DNA of 64,000 nt from Pseudomonadota bacterium (GTDB taxonomy: Bacteria; Pseudomonadota; Gammaproteobacteria; JBCCGL01). The notes under the pieces were generated by a model. It was not told the origin of the DNA and ran no database searches. It saw only the letters and a list, made by a program, of their open reading frames with translations. The stretch lies in contig JBCCGL010000011.1 of NCBI GenBank assembly GCA_039029275.1, forward strand, positions 44,676 to 108,675, read 5' to 3'. The translations under genes were made by a program, and so were the position numbers. This document shows positions 40,274 to 50,351 of this stretch, piece by piece; positions within the stretch are counted from its first letter, which is position 1; every line of letters starts with the position of its first letter.

Positions 40274-42670
40274 TTAGGATTTCATTCGCGTGTTTTCCGG
40301 ATCGTACGGCGCTAGCTTCAGCACATTTGCCGCAACGCGCTGCCCTGTTATTTCTACGCACAGTGGTTCGGTCAACGAATCGAACGGCTCGCGCAAATAA
40401 GCGAGCGCCAGCGACTGCTGCACACGGGCACCGTAGGCACCGGATGTGACCACGCCAACGCAACGACTCTCCGCGAAGACGGGATGTCCGCCGAATGCGT
40501 CTGCATTAATCGCGTCGGTATCGAGCGCGAGCAACACCATCTCCCAACCCTTTTTGACAAAACTATCCGGTTCGGATTTAACAAAACGCCCGGCTCCCGC
40601 TTCGAGCGGCGAGCGCTCGGTTGTGAAGTCCATTCCCCAGGCGCGATAACCTTTTTCAAGCCGCATCGCGTTTGCCGCGAAGGCGCCGTAGTAACCGAGG
40701 TTAAATTCAGCTCCCGCAATTTGTAAGGCATCGAATATTTCACCGAGTTTTTCCATATTGGCGTGCAACTCCCAACCGCTTTCGCCAATGTAAGAAACAC
40801 GCAAAGCCCGAATTTCGCATCGGGCAATCGTCAATTTTTGTGCGCATAACCAGGGGAATTGCGCGATCGACAGATCTGAATCGGTCAGTGGCTGCAATAA
40901 TGACGGCGCTTTGGGGCCCATCACACCAATAATCCCGATTGCTTGCGTGCAATTTGTGATCTCTACATCAAAGCGATTTGCGTGATCGCGCAGCAGCGTT
41001 TCGTCGCGGCGTTCCGCTGCCGCTGCGCTGGTCAGATAAAAGTGCGAGTCAGAAAAACGCGTCACCGTGAATTCGGCATAGACGCCACCACTTTTCGTCA
41101 AAAAGTGAGTCAGGCCAATCTGGCCGTCTTTTTTGGGTGCTGAGTTGGCACCGAGTGAATCGACAAAACTGACACTGTCGGGTCCTGTTACATCAAACTT
41201 GGAAAACGGCGACAAGTCAGCCAGCGCAACCGATTCAGAAACGTGGCGACATTCATTCGCGACTGCATCGAACCAGTTTGCGCGACCGAAGCTGTAGGAC
41301 TGTTCGCGATCGCGCTCACAGGTGTAAAAATAGTTTGGCCGCTCCCATCCGTAGGCGCACCCCATCACTGCGCCTGCATCGAGCATGCGCTGATGCAGTG
41401 CACTTGTTCGGGCGGGACGACCGGCATCGCGTTCCTCAAACGGAAAGTGCACACCAAATTGCTTGCCGAAGGTTTCGACCGCTTTGGTGACACGATAATT
41501 GCGGTCTGCGTAGTCACCAAAACGCCTTGGATCCACCGCGAGTTCGTCCATCGGTGGTTCGCCATCAACCATCCACTGCGCGAGAAAACACCCTGCGCCG
41601 CCGCCCTCCATCACGCCCATTGACGAGCCGGTCAAAAGCCAGGCATTGGGTAAGCCGTACGCTGGGCCGATTAGAGGATTGGCGTCGGGTGTAAATGTAA
41701 TCGGGCCATTGACCACGGATTTTATGCCGCCGTCGGCCAACGCCGGAATGCGTGCCATTGCCTTTTCGACGATGTGCTCGATGCGATCCATCTCCGGTGG
41801 CAATAATTCCATTCCGAATTCGGGCGGCACCGCGTCAACTGACCAGGGCGTGCCCTGCGTCTCGTACGGCCCCAAAATCAGACCGTCGCGCTCTTGCCGC
41901 ACATACCAGGACTCTTCCGGATCGCGGATAATCGGCAGTTCCCTGTCGAGATCGCGCACCGCATCGATGCCTTCGGTAACCAGATATTGGTGCAGCATCG
42001 GTACAACCGGCAAATCAACGCCCATCATGTCGCCAATCTCGCGACACCATGTGCCCGCCGCGTTCACGATGGTGTTTGCTTCGATAACACCCTGGCGCGT
42101 AACCAGGCGCCAATGATTTTGCGCGGTACGTTCAATTTTCTCGACAGGGTTATTGCGAACGATTTGTGCGCCGCGCGACTTAGCAGCTGCCGCCATCGCG
42201 TGGGTCGCCTGACTCGGGTCGACGTGGCCATCGAGCGGCTCGTAGATCCCACCGATCAGACCATCGCCTTTTTCGGCTAGCGGGTGAAAGTCGTACAGTT
42301 CATCCGCGTCAAATACCGTGAAGTCGTAGCCGGTAAACTTGCCCAGCCCTTTGACGTGGCGAAACTCGGCCATGCGCTCGGCGCTGCGCGTTATCCGCAT
42401 CGCTCCGCAGGCGTGAAAGCTAACTGGCATTCCAGTCTCTTTCGGCAGAACATTTTTGTACAGATCGACGCTGTGTGCGCGCAAAAACTGTATCGTCGCG
42501 TTGTGCGCAAAATGGGTGCACAAGCCCGCCGCGTGCCACGTTGACCCCGCTGTCAGTTCGTTTTTTTCCAGCAAAACGACGTCGGTCTTACCGAGCTTGG
42601 TCAGATGATAGGCAAGCGAAACGCCCATCACGCCGCCGCCGATAATGACTATTTCTGCATGCGATTTCAT
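40274..42670 (-). CDS. second GcvT-family dimethylglycine dehydrogenase-like protein
   Basis: GGGVMG, LTAGSTWHAAG, PITFTPDANPLIG, RVSYIGESGWELH, MRLEKGYRAWG. Confidence 0.92.
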   Translation of the reverse strand: MKSHAEIVIIGGGVMGVSLAYHLTKLGKTDVVLLEKNELTAGSTWHAAGLCTHFAHNATIQFLRAHSVDLYKNVLPKETGMPVSFHACGAMRITRSAERMAEFRHVKGLGKFTGYDFTVFDADELYDFHPLAEKGDGLIGGIYEPLDGHVDPSQATHAMAAAAKSRGAQIVRNNPVEKIERTAQNHWRLVTRQGVIEANTIVNAAGTWCREIGDMMGVDLPVVPMLHQYLVTEGIDAVRDLDRELPIIRDPEESWYVRQERDGLILGPYETQGTPWSVDAVPPEFGMELLPPEMDRIEHIVEKAMARIPALADGGIKSVVNGPITFTPDANPLIGPAYGLPNAWLLTGSSMGVMEGGGAGCFLAQWMVDGEPPMDELAVDPRRFGDYADRNYRVTKAVETFGKQFGVHFPFEERDAGRPARTSALHQRMLDAGAVMGCAYGWERPNYFYTCERDREQSYSFGRANWFDAVANECRHVSESVALADLSPFSKFDVTGPDSVSFVDSLGANSAPKKDGQIGLTHFLTKSGGVYAEFTVTRFSDSHFYLTSAAAAERRDETLLRDHANRFDVEITNCTQAIGIIGVMGPKAPSLLQPLTDSDLSIAQFPWLCAQKLTIARCEIRALRVSYIGESGWELHANMEKLGEIFDALQIAGAEFNLGYYGAFAANAMRLEKGYRAWGMDFTTERSPLEAGAGRFVKSEPDSFVKKGWEMVLLALDTDAINADAFGGHPVFAESRCVGVVTSGAYGARVQQSLALAYLREPFDSLTEPLCVEITGQRVAANVLKLAPYDPENTRMKS

Positions 42671-42698
42671 CTGACTGATCGTTCACCTCACCGCCGGC

Positions 42699-42769
42699 AC
42701 TCTACTTTGCAAGCGCGATGATGTTAAGACCACCTCAGCGACAATCGAAAAAACTAATACACAGAATTA
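42699..42769 (-). promoter_or_regulatory. putative sigma70 promoter and upstream CTAAT-N7-ATTAG palindrome
   Basis: Minus strand TTAACA-17-TAGAGT (42727-42699); palindrome at 42753-42769. Confidence 0.4.
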
Positions 42770-42909
42770 GCACTGCGATATCGAGTGAAAAAAGTTTAGG
42801 AATGTCAGGGAGGTCGCGAGCGCAGTGCCAACGCCGAGTAAGCGCGCGAGTTTAATTTGAATAAATGAACCAAGCTGACGCAGGTTTTAACGCCGCAATC
42901 GCGTCGAAG

Positions 42910-44553
42910 CTAGTGATTCGAGGTGTTCTTTTCAAAGCCGGATGTAATCGGATACCGCCGATCTCTTCCAAAAGCCCGCTTTGTCACTCGGACACCGGGC
43001 GGTGCCTGCCGACGTTTGTACTCGTTTCGCACCACCATCTGCACCACGCGCACAACCGTCGCGCGGTCAAACCCATCATTGACAATATCATCCACCGACC
43101 AATCTTCTTCAATGTAACGCTGCAGTATGATATCGAGTTCATCGTACGGCGGGAGACTGTCTTGATCGACTTGATCGGGTGCAAGCTCCGCCGAAGGCGG
43201 ACGATCGATTACGCGCTGCGGGATGATTTCTTTTCCGGCCTGTTGATTGCAAAACTCGGCCAGTCTATACACCAGCGTTTTCGGCACATCTTTTAACGGT
43301 GCGAATCCACCGGCCATGTCGCCGTAAAGTGTTGCGTAGCCCACCGCCATTTCGCTTTTGTTGCCAGTCGTCAGCACGATTCGGCGTTTTTTGTTCGAGA
43401 TCGCCATTAGCAACACACCGCGACATCGCGCCTGAATGTTTTCTTCTGTCGTGTCGCGCGGCAGTCCTGCGAACTCGTCGGCAAGCGCGTCAACAAACGA
43501 GTTGTAAGCGGACTTAATCGGGATAACGCTGTATTCGACGCCCAAGGTTTGCGCCTGTTGCGCAGCGTCGTCGCGACTCATCTGCGAGGTGTAATCGAAT
43601 GGCATCATGACCGCTTGAACCCGCTCCGCGCCCAGGGCATCAGACGCGATGGCAAGCGTGAGCGCCGAGTCTATGCCACCGGAAAGACCAATAACCGCAC
43701 CCGCAAAACCATTTTTGTTGACGTAGTCGCGCGTTCCGCAAACCAGCGCGTTGTAGATGGTGCGCAACTCCTTTGGAAGCGGCGCGGCGTCCCCCGCGGC
43801 ATTCGATAAACTGCCGTCATTCGCTACGTCAACAGCGGCCATTGCCGACTCAAACTGCGGCATTCGCCAAACCACCTCGCCGGATTTATCCACGATCATC
43901 GAGTAACCGTCGAACACGACTTCGTCCTGCCCGCCGACTTGATTCACGTAAACCACCGGAACGTTGTTTTCGTTGATGCGCGCGCGCACCTGCAGGTCAC
44001 GCTGCTGCTGATTGTGCAGATCAAAGGGCGATGCGTTTAATGACACAAGCACTTGCGCTCCCGCGCCACAGGCGGCTTTAGCCACATCCGAAAACCAGAC
44101 GTCTTCGCAAATCGTGATGCCGACGTTGACACCATTTATCGCAACCACAAGTGGTTGCTCGCTGCGCGTGAAATGCCGTTTCTCGTCGAATACCCCGTAG
44201 TTGGGCAACTCGCGTTTGCGATAAACATGGCGTTGCCCCTGGTGTAACACTACCGCCGAGTTAAAAATATCATCGCCTTCGCGCAGCGGTGTACCGATGA
44301 TGACTGCGGTATCACGCAACGCGGATTCAATCGTGGCAAGCGCGTTTTCGATTCGAGGATACAAACCCGACCGCAATAACAAATCTTCCGGTGGATAGCC
44401 GCTGAGCCCCAGTTCGGTGAACACCACACAATCCGCATTGTGCGTCTCGCGGGCGCGTGTGGTCTCATCGATAATCAGTTGTGCATTGGCCTCAATATCA
44501 CCCACCGTTGGGTTGATTTGCGCAAGCGCGATGCGAAGTACAGCGTTGGTCAT
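42910..44553 (-). CDS. nadE: glutamine-dependent NAD+ synthetase
   Basis: Nitrilase-domain triad (TELG, RKRELPNY, ICED) plus GLSGGIDS, TGNKSE, PPSAEL. Confidence 0.95.
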   Translation of the reverse strand: MTNAVLRIALAQINPTVGDIEANAQLIIDETTRARETHNADCVVFTELGLSGYPPEDLLLRSGLYPRIENALATIESALRDTAVIIGTPLREGDDIFNSAVVLHQGQRHVYRKRELPNYGVFDEKRHFTRSEQPLVVAINGVNVGITICEDVWFSDVAKAACGAGAQVLVSLNASPFDLHNQQQRDLQVRARINENNVPVVYVNQVGGQDEVVFDGYSMIVDKSGEVVWRMPQFESAMAAVDVANDGSLSNAAGDAAPLPKELRTIYNALVCGTRDYVNKNGFAGAVIGLSGGIDSALTLAIASDALGAERVQAVMMPFDYTSQMSRDDAAQQAQTLGVEYSVIPIKSAYNSFVDALADEFAGLPRDTTEENIQARCRGVLLMAISNKKRRIVLTTGNKSEMAVGYATLYGDMAGGFAPLKDVPKTLVYRLAEFCNQQAGKEIIPQRVIDRPPSAELAPDQVDQDSLPPYDELDIILQRYIEEDWSVDDIVNDGFDRATVVRVVQMVVRNEYKRRQAPPGVRVTKRAFGRDRRYPITSGFEKNTSNH

Positions 44554-44852
44554 GTGTATCTTGAATGCAGTGTCGCCCGAAGGGCCCGTAAATAATGTTT
44601 TGGAGGCATCTTACGCAAGGCAAAATCGGGCCGGAAAGCGCCGCTTACGCACAGTAACTGTGCATTACGCGCCCGATTCTAACCCCGAAATACGCGTGTA
44701 GACAGCTATTTAGCAGCATCAATGATTGGGCGGATGAATCAAAAAAACGTAAAGTGTATATGAAATAACACCGCTATTTACGGCTATTATTGCGCTCGAT
44801 GACCCGGAAAACGCACTTGAACAAACCGCCACGAAGAAAAGCCGTTTAACGC

Positions 44853-46469
44853 ATGTTTCAGCGTATTTATTCAAGCAACTGGCTCGATTACCTGTCGCAT
44901 TCATCCAGCGAGCGCACGGACGAAAACTGGACGTCGCTGCGCCTGCTGAATCTATACCGGGTATTTTTGTGCTTAGTGCTGGTGGCAACCCTGATCGTTG
45001 TCGGGACCGAAGACACGGTTCTCGGTCAGCGAGACGCCGGACTGTTCACTCTCAGCACACTGGTCTACACCGCATTCAGTCTTCTCTTCATCGGTTTTTT
45101 ACACTGGAAATGGCCGAGGTTTGAAACGCAGCTCTATTGTCAGGTGTACGCCGACATCATCGCCATCATTCTTTTGATGCATGCAAGTGGTGGGGTGAGC
45201 AGCGGTCTGGGCATGTTGTTAGTGGTCACAATAGCCGTCAGCGGGCTGATTATTGTCGATCGCTTTGCGCTGTTATTTGCAGCAATTGCATCGCTCGCGG
45301 TTCTGGCTGAACAACTCTACACCCAGCTGACGTACCACAACGCACAAACCGCCTACGTGCAAGCGGGCATCCTTGGCGCGACGCTATTTGTGACCGCTTT
45401 GGCCGCTATGGTACTGGCGAGACGAAACCAGGAAACCGAAGCGATTGCACTGCAGCGCAAGGCGGATCTTGAAAATCTGGCCGAGCTCAACGAGGAGATT
45501 ATCCAGCAAATTGAATCCGGATTACTGTTCGTCAGCGCCTCGTGGCAAATCCGGGTGGCTAACGGTAGCGCGCGGCAACTTCTGAATATTCCAACAAGCG
45601 TGCCTAACCCCAACCTCTGGATGACATCGAAACCTTTAGCAACGGCGCTCAAGGACTGGCTCGAATCGCCTTCACTGGAGCAGGAACCTGTCATCGATCG
45701 TAAACTCGGCATTGAAATCCAGCCCCACTTTTTACCGATGGGCGAAATGGGGACGTTGATTCGTATTGAAGACAACTCAGAGCTAAAACAACAACTGCAG
45801 CAGTTGAAGCTGGCCTCGCTCGGGCGATTGACTGCCAGTATCGCGCACGAAATTCGAAACCCGCTGGGTGCCATCAGTCATGCCGCGCAGCTATTGGAAG
45901 AATCAACATCAATGGACGAGTCTGATCGACGTTTGACACACATAATGATCGAACAGTCAAAACGAATGAACGCGATAATCGAAGATGTCTTGCAGCTTTC
46001 ACGACGCCACAAGGTTGAACCTGACCAAATCACCTTAATCGAGCATTTAAAAAAATTCGCCGCACATTTTTGCGTGCAAAACAAACTTGAAGCCGATTCG
46101 ATCCGACTTACCGTTCCCGCTGAATTACGCGTATTCATTGACCCAAACCACTTGCATCAAGTGTTGTGGAATTTGTGTAGCAACAGCGCAAACCACGGCG
46201 GTCGCGAAAGTATTGTGATCGATCTTGCCGCAGATTTTATCGGCCGCGAAGCGAATCCTTACCTTGAAATTCGCGACAACGGCAAGGGGATCCGTCCCGA
46301 ATTACACGAAGAAATTTTCGAGCCGTTTTACACGTCAAGTCATGAAGGAACCGGCCTGGGCTTGTACATTGCGCGCGAGTTGTGCGAGCTTAATAACGCT
46401 CGTCTCGACCTACAGCCAAGTGACAGTGGCACCTGCTTTCGCATAACATTCAACCCATTGCCGGTTTAA
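44853..46469 (+). CDS. pilS: sensor kinase PilS
   Basis: LRLLNLYR, six TM helices, LASLGRLTASIAHEIRNPLGAISHAAQLL. Confidence 0.92.
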   Translation: MFQRIYSSNWLDYLSHSSSERTDENWTSLRLLNLYRVFLCLVLVATLIVVGTEDTVLGQRDAGLFTLSTLVYTAFSLLFIGFLHWKWPRFETQLYCQVYADIIAIILLMHASGGVSSGLGMLLVVTIAVSGLIIVDRFALLFAAIASLAVLAEQLYTQLTYHNAQTAYVQAGILGATLFVTALAAMVLARRNQETEAIALQRKADLENLAELNEEIIQQIESGLLFVSASWQIRVANGSARQLLNIPTSVPNPNLWMTSKPLATALKDWLESPSLEQEPVIDRKLGIEIQPHFLPMGEMGTLIRIEDNSELKQQLQQLKLASLGRLTASIAHEIRNPLGAISHAAQLLEESTSMDESDRRLTHIMIEQSKRMNAIIEDVLQLSRRHKVEPDQITLIEHLKKFAAHFCVQNKLEADSIRLTVPAELRVFIDPNHLHQVLWNLCSNSANHGGRESIVIDLAADFIGREANPYLEIRDNGKGIRPELHEEIFEPFYTSSHEGTGLGLYIARELCELNNARLDLQPSDSGTCFRITFNPLPV

Positions 46470-46482
46470 ATTCGTAAATTCT

Positions 46483-47844
46483 ATGTACACAGCGCTGATC
46501 GTCGACGACGAGCCGGATATTCGCGAGTTGCTCGAGATGACCCTGAACCGCATGGGCATCGATACGCATTCGGCGGGTAACATCAATGAAGCACACGAAC
46601 TGTTGCGCAATTATCAGTTCGACGTGTGCCTGACCGACATGCGCCTGCCTGATGGCAACGGTATTGATCTGGTCGAATATATTCAGAAACTCAAGCGCCC
46701 GCTGCCAACTGCAGTCATAACCGCACATGGCAACATGGAAGCTGCTATTCGTGCCTTGAAGGCTGGCGCTTTCGATTTTATTTCGAAACCCGTTGATTTG
46801 AAGTCGCTGCGCGACCTCGTTGATCACGCAGTGCGCGTCGATAAAACTGTCGCCGATCCGGTTGCATCGGAAACGCTGTCCGGCGATGCGACAGGTAGTG
46901 AGACTCAGCTAGTTGGTAACTCTGCGGTCATGAAGTCACTCAAAGCCACGATGAACAAATTATCGAGAAGTCAGGCGCCAGTGTGGATTCGGGGCGAATC
47001 TGGAACCGGGAAAGAACTGGTTGCAAAAATCATTCATGAGCTCGGCCCGCGCAAAGACGCGCCTTTTGTTCCAGTGAACTGCGGCGCGATTCCATCCGAG
47101 CTGATGGAAAGCGAATTCTTCGGTCATCAACGTGGCAGCTTCACCGGCGCAACCAGTGACAAGGTTGGGCTTTTTCAAAGCGCCGAAGGCGGGACCTTGT
47201 TTCTCGACGAGGTAGCCGATTTACCGCTGGCGATGCAGGTTAAGCTGCTGCGCGCAATTCAGGAAAAAGCGGTGCGGCCAATTGGCAGTAACAGCGAAAT
47301 CCTACTTAATGTGCGCATTTTATCGGCCTCGCACAAAAATCTGGCGCGTGAAGTGGAAGCCAGTCGATTCCGGCAAGATTTGTACTACCGTCTCAACGTG
47401 ATCGAACTCGCGGTACCAAGTCTGCGCGAACGCGCCGATGACATTCCACAACTCGTGAGCACTTTGCTCGCACGAATGAGTCAACCCGAACAAGCGCCGA
47501 CTGTCGCATCCGACGCCCTGAACGCTTTGTGCGAATACGAATACCCCGGGAATGTGCGCGAGCTTGAAAATATTCTCGAGCGCGCGATGGCGCTGTGCGA
47601 GAACAATGTCATCGCTTCGACAGATTTGGGCCTGAGAAAGTCGCCTGCACCCGTCGCAGCAGACGCGCAAGCCGAAGGCACGTCGAGTTCATCGCTAACC
47701 TCGATGGCGTCACTGGTAGAGCGCGAACGCAACGCGCTTATCGAGGCACTTGAAAAAACGCGCTGGAACAAAAAGGCCGCTGCGAAACTGCTTGGTATTA
47801 CCTACCGGCAGTTGCGATACAAGGTGGAAAAGCTGGATTTGTAA
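46483..47844 (+). CDS. pilR: sigma54-dependent response regulator PilR
   Basis: REC domain, GESGTGKE, GSFTGA (GAFTGA-like), C-terminal Fis HTH. Confidence 0.93.
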   Translation: MYTALIVDDEPDIRELLEMTLNRMGIDTHSAGNINEAHELLRNYQFDVCLTDMRLPDGNGIDLVEYIQKLKRPLPTAVITAHGNMEAAIRALKAGAFDFISKPVDLKSLRDLVDHAVRVDKTVADPVASETLSGDATGSETQLVGNSAVMKSLKATMNKLSRSQAPVWIRGESGTGKELVAKIIHELGPRKDAPFVPVNCGAIPSELMESEFFGHQRGSFTGATSDKVGLFQSAEGGTLFLDEVADLPLAMQVKLLRAIQEKAVRPIGSNSEILLNVRILSASHKNLAREVEASRFRQDLYYRLNVIELAVPSLRERADDIPQLVSTLLARMSQPEQAPTVASDALNALCEYEYPGNVRELENILERAMALCENNVIASTDLGLRKSPAPVAADAQAEGTSSSSLTSMASLVERERNALIEALEKTRWNKKAAAKLLGITYRQLRYKVEKLDL

Positions 47845-47905
47845 GAAATACTGTGGCACCGATCAAAACCTGCCGAGACCTTGTACTCAATTGCCACTCT
47901 CGATA

Positions 47906-47932
47906 GTCACAAAGTGACATATCTGTCACTTT
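47906..47932. promoter_or_regulatory. candidate PilR upstream activation sequence
   Basis: AAAGTGACA-TATC-TGTCACTTT 9 bp inverted repeat plus overlapping GTCAC-AAA-GTGAC, ~100 bp upstream of the -24 box, with an AT-rich spacer. Confidence 0.55.
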
Positions 47933-48026
47933 TCTTAAAGCCAGAGCATAGAATACACTCTTTTATCTTTATTTATCTTATTGTTTTTAATAACTATTTT
48001 TCATTTATACGATTAAAATTCAGCGT

Positions 48027-48042
48027 TGGTATCTGTTTTGCA
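48027..48042 (+). promoter_or_regulatory. sigma54 (-24/-12) promoter of pilA
   Basis: TGGTATCTGTTTTGCA: GG-N10-GC with TTGCA. Confidence 0.7.
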
Positions 48043-48132
48043 TTCAGCTTTTTAGGCTGAGCACAGACAACGATTTAAGGCGAAAGCCGATTTATTGATC
48101 CACTCATATATGTAACCGTACGGAGATTTACC

Positions 48133-48564
48133 ATGAAGAAAGTCCAACAAGGCTTTACCCTTATCGAACTGATGATCGTGATCGCGATTATCGGTATCTT
48201 GGCAGCGATCGCTGTGCCGCAGTATCAAACCTATACACAGCGCGCGCAATTCACTGAAGTAGTGCAAGCCGTGAACCCGGTTAAAAGTGCTATTGAGATT
48301 TGCATGCAAACAAGAGGCACGAATACGGGTGACGCGTCTGAGTGCGACACCGCAGCTGAGGCAGGTTTTGACGTCGTTGCTGCTGCCTCTGGTTCTAACG
48401 TAGCCAGCGTAGGGGTTACCGCAACCACCGGTGCAATCACTGGAACCGCAGTAGCAGGCATCGGCGGTGACACATTTATTTTAACCCCAACGGTTACAGC
48501 GGGCACCACGACCATTACCGAGTGGGTTGAATCAGGCACATGCCGAGCGAACGGAACCTGCTGA
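48133..48564 (+). CDS. pilA: type IVa major pilin
   Basis: [31 protein letters not shown] prepilin site with Glu5. Confidence 0.95.
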   Translation: MKKVQQGFTLIELMIVIAIIGILAAIAVPQYQTYTQRAQFTEVVQAVNPVKSAIEICMQTRGTNTGDASECDTAAEAGFDVVAAASGSNVASVGVTATTGAITGTAVAGIGGDTFILTPTVTAGTTTITEWVESGTCRANGTC

Positions 48565-48587
48565 TTATTTTCATGGCAGACTGAGTT

Positions 48588-48620
48588 AACGGAAGCTCCG
48601 TAAGGAGCTTCCGTTTCTCT
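48588..48620 (+). terminator. intrinsic terminator / stabilising hairpin after pilA
   Basis: AACGGAAGCTCC-GTAA-GGAGCTTCCGTT 12 bp stem, GNRA loop, short pyrimidine tail. Confidence 0.75.
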
Positions 48621-48639
48621 GCTCCAAACACCTCAACAA

Positions 48640-50349
48640 ATGGCGACGTCTACATCAAAGTCTTCACTTAGCGGTCTTCCGCGCCGCTTGGTCAGGGACG
48701 AGCTGATTACCGAAGAACACGCAATCGAAGCCGTTGCCACCGCACAGGAGACGAAAGAACGATTTGTCTCTGTCGTGATTAAAAATTATGGCGTTGCGGC
48801 AAATGATTTAGCCAACGCTGCCGGTCAGGAATTTGGCCTTCCGGTTTTTGATCTGGATGTTTTCGATGTCGATAACATTCCAGGTGAACAACTGAATGAA
48901 GAGCTGATATCCAAGCACCACGCGCTGCCGATCTCCAGGAAAGGGTCGAAGCTGTACGTCGGCATTTCTGACCCGACCAATATGGTTGCGCTGGACGAAT
49001 TCAAATTCCGCACTGGCCTATCGACCGAACCAGTTCTGGTCGAAGACGACAAACTCGAAATCACAATTCAACGCGCGCTCACTGAGCAAACAACTGACCT
49101 GGGCGAAGGCCTGGATGAAGACCTCGATAATCTGGATATTTCCAGTGACGACGGTCCCCCACAAGACGATGAAAGCTCGGATATTGACGATACTCCGGTT
49201 GTCAGGTTCGTTAACAAAGTTCTACTCGACGGGATTAATCGTGGTGCTTCCGATATCCACGTCGAGCCGTACGAAAAAACGTTCCGAATTCGATACCGAA
49301 TCGACGGGATTTTAGAATCGGTGGCGAATCCGCCTTTAAACATGGCATCGCGAATTACCTCTCGCCTGAAGGTGATGTCGCGCATGGATATTTCCGAGCG
49401 CCGTGTCCCGCAGGACGGCCGCATTAAAATGAAAATATCGGCCAAGCGCGCGATCGATTTTCGCGTCAATACCTGCCCCACGCTGTTTGGCGAAAAAATT
49501 GTTCTTCGGATTCTTGACCCGACGAGCGCACAGCTTGGTATCGAGATGCTTGGCTACGAAGACGACCAGAAAGAGCTGTATCTAAAAGCACTCGCAAACC
49601 CATACGGAATGATTCTTGTCACCGGGCCTACAGGTAGCGGAAAAACTGTCTCGTTGTACACCGGCTTGAATATTCTAAATGAACCACTCGTAAACATATC
49701 AACTGCCGAAGACCCAGCAGAAATTAATTTGCCCGGCATAAATCAGGTTAACGTAAACCAGAAAGTCGGTCTAACGTTTGCTGAAGCGCTTAAGTCGTTT
49801 TTACGCCAGGATCCCGATGTCATTATGGTGGGTGAGATTCGCGACCTCGAAACCGCCAGCATCGCGATTAAAGCTGCACAAACCGGCCACCTCGTGCTGT
49901 CAACGTTGCATACTAATGACGCGCCACAAACGCTGACGCGACTTGTGAACATGGGCGTACCGCCATTCAACATCGCAACGTCCGTCACGCTTATTATTGC
50001 GCAGCGACTGGGCCGTCGATTATGTGAAAGTTGCAAAGAACCCGAAGATTTGCCAACAGAAACCCTGGTCCAGGAAGGATTTAGGGAAGACGAACTCGCG
50101 AGCCTCAAAATATACAAGCCGGTTGGTTGTAGTCAATGCAACAACGGCTACAAGGGTCGTGTTGGAATTTATCAGGTTATGCCTGTCACCGAGGAAATCG
50201 GTCGAATTATTATGTCGGGCGGTAACTCTCTCGAAATCGCAGACCAGGCTGAACGCGACGGAGTCGACGACCTGCGTGTATCTGCACTGAAAAAAGTTAG
50301 AGCGGGAATTCTTAGTCTTGAAGAGGCTAACCGCATCACCAGGGATTAA
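48640..50349 (+). CDS. pilB: type IV pilus assembly ATPase
   Basis: GASDIHVEP, GPTGSGKT, LRQDPDVIMVGEIRD, tetra-Cys zinc motif. Confidence 0.96.
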   Translation: MATSTSKSSLSGLPRRLVRDELITEEHAIEAVATAQETKERFVSVVIKNYGVAANDLANAAGQEFGLPVFDLDVFDVDNIPGEQLNEELISKHHALPISRKGSKLYVGISDPTNMVALDEFKFRTGLSTEPVLVEDDKLEITIQRALTEQTTDLGEGLDEDLDNLDISSDDGPPQDDESSDIDDTPVVRFVNKVLLDGINRGASDIHVEPYEKTFRIRYRIDGILESVANPPLNMASRITSRLKVMSRMDISERRVPQDGRIKMKISAKRAIDFRVNTCPTLFGEKIVLRILDPTSAQLGIEMLGYEDDQKELYLKALANPYGMILVTGPTGSGKTVSLYTGLNILNEPLVNISTAEDPAEINLPGINQVNVNQKVGLTFAEALKSFLRQDPDVIMVGEIRDLETASIAIKAAQTGHLVLSTLHTNDAPQTLTRLVNMGVPPFNIATSVTLIIAQRLGRRLCESCKEPEDLPTETLVQEGFREDELASLKIYKPVGCSQCNNGYKGRVGIYQVMPVTEEIGRIIMSGGNSLEIADQAERDGVDDLRVSALKKVRAGILSLEEANRITRD

Positions 50350-50351
50350 TC

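Noticed and set aside
42815-42830. sigma54-like TGGCAC-N5-TCGCG on the minus strand
   Set aside because: The -12 element is degenerate, a better sigma70 promoter lies closer to the gene, and no linked bEBP is present.
42671-42909. Glycine riboswitch upstream of the GcvT-like gene (also checked 8907-9003)
   Set aside because: No GGAGA...CCGAAG...CUCUCAGG consensus is visible.
48043-48132. c-di-GMP-I riboswitch in the pilA leader (GCACAG, GGC-GAAA-GCC)
   Set aside because: The GGCAAAC and GACGCAAAGC elements and the P1 stem are absent.
48133-48564. Electrically conductive (e-)pilin
   Set aside because: Full-length pilin with few aromatic residues (about 7 in the mature protein) and long aromatic-free gaps.
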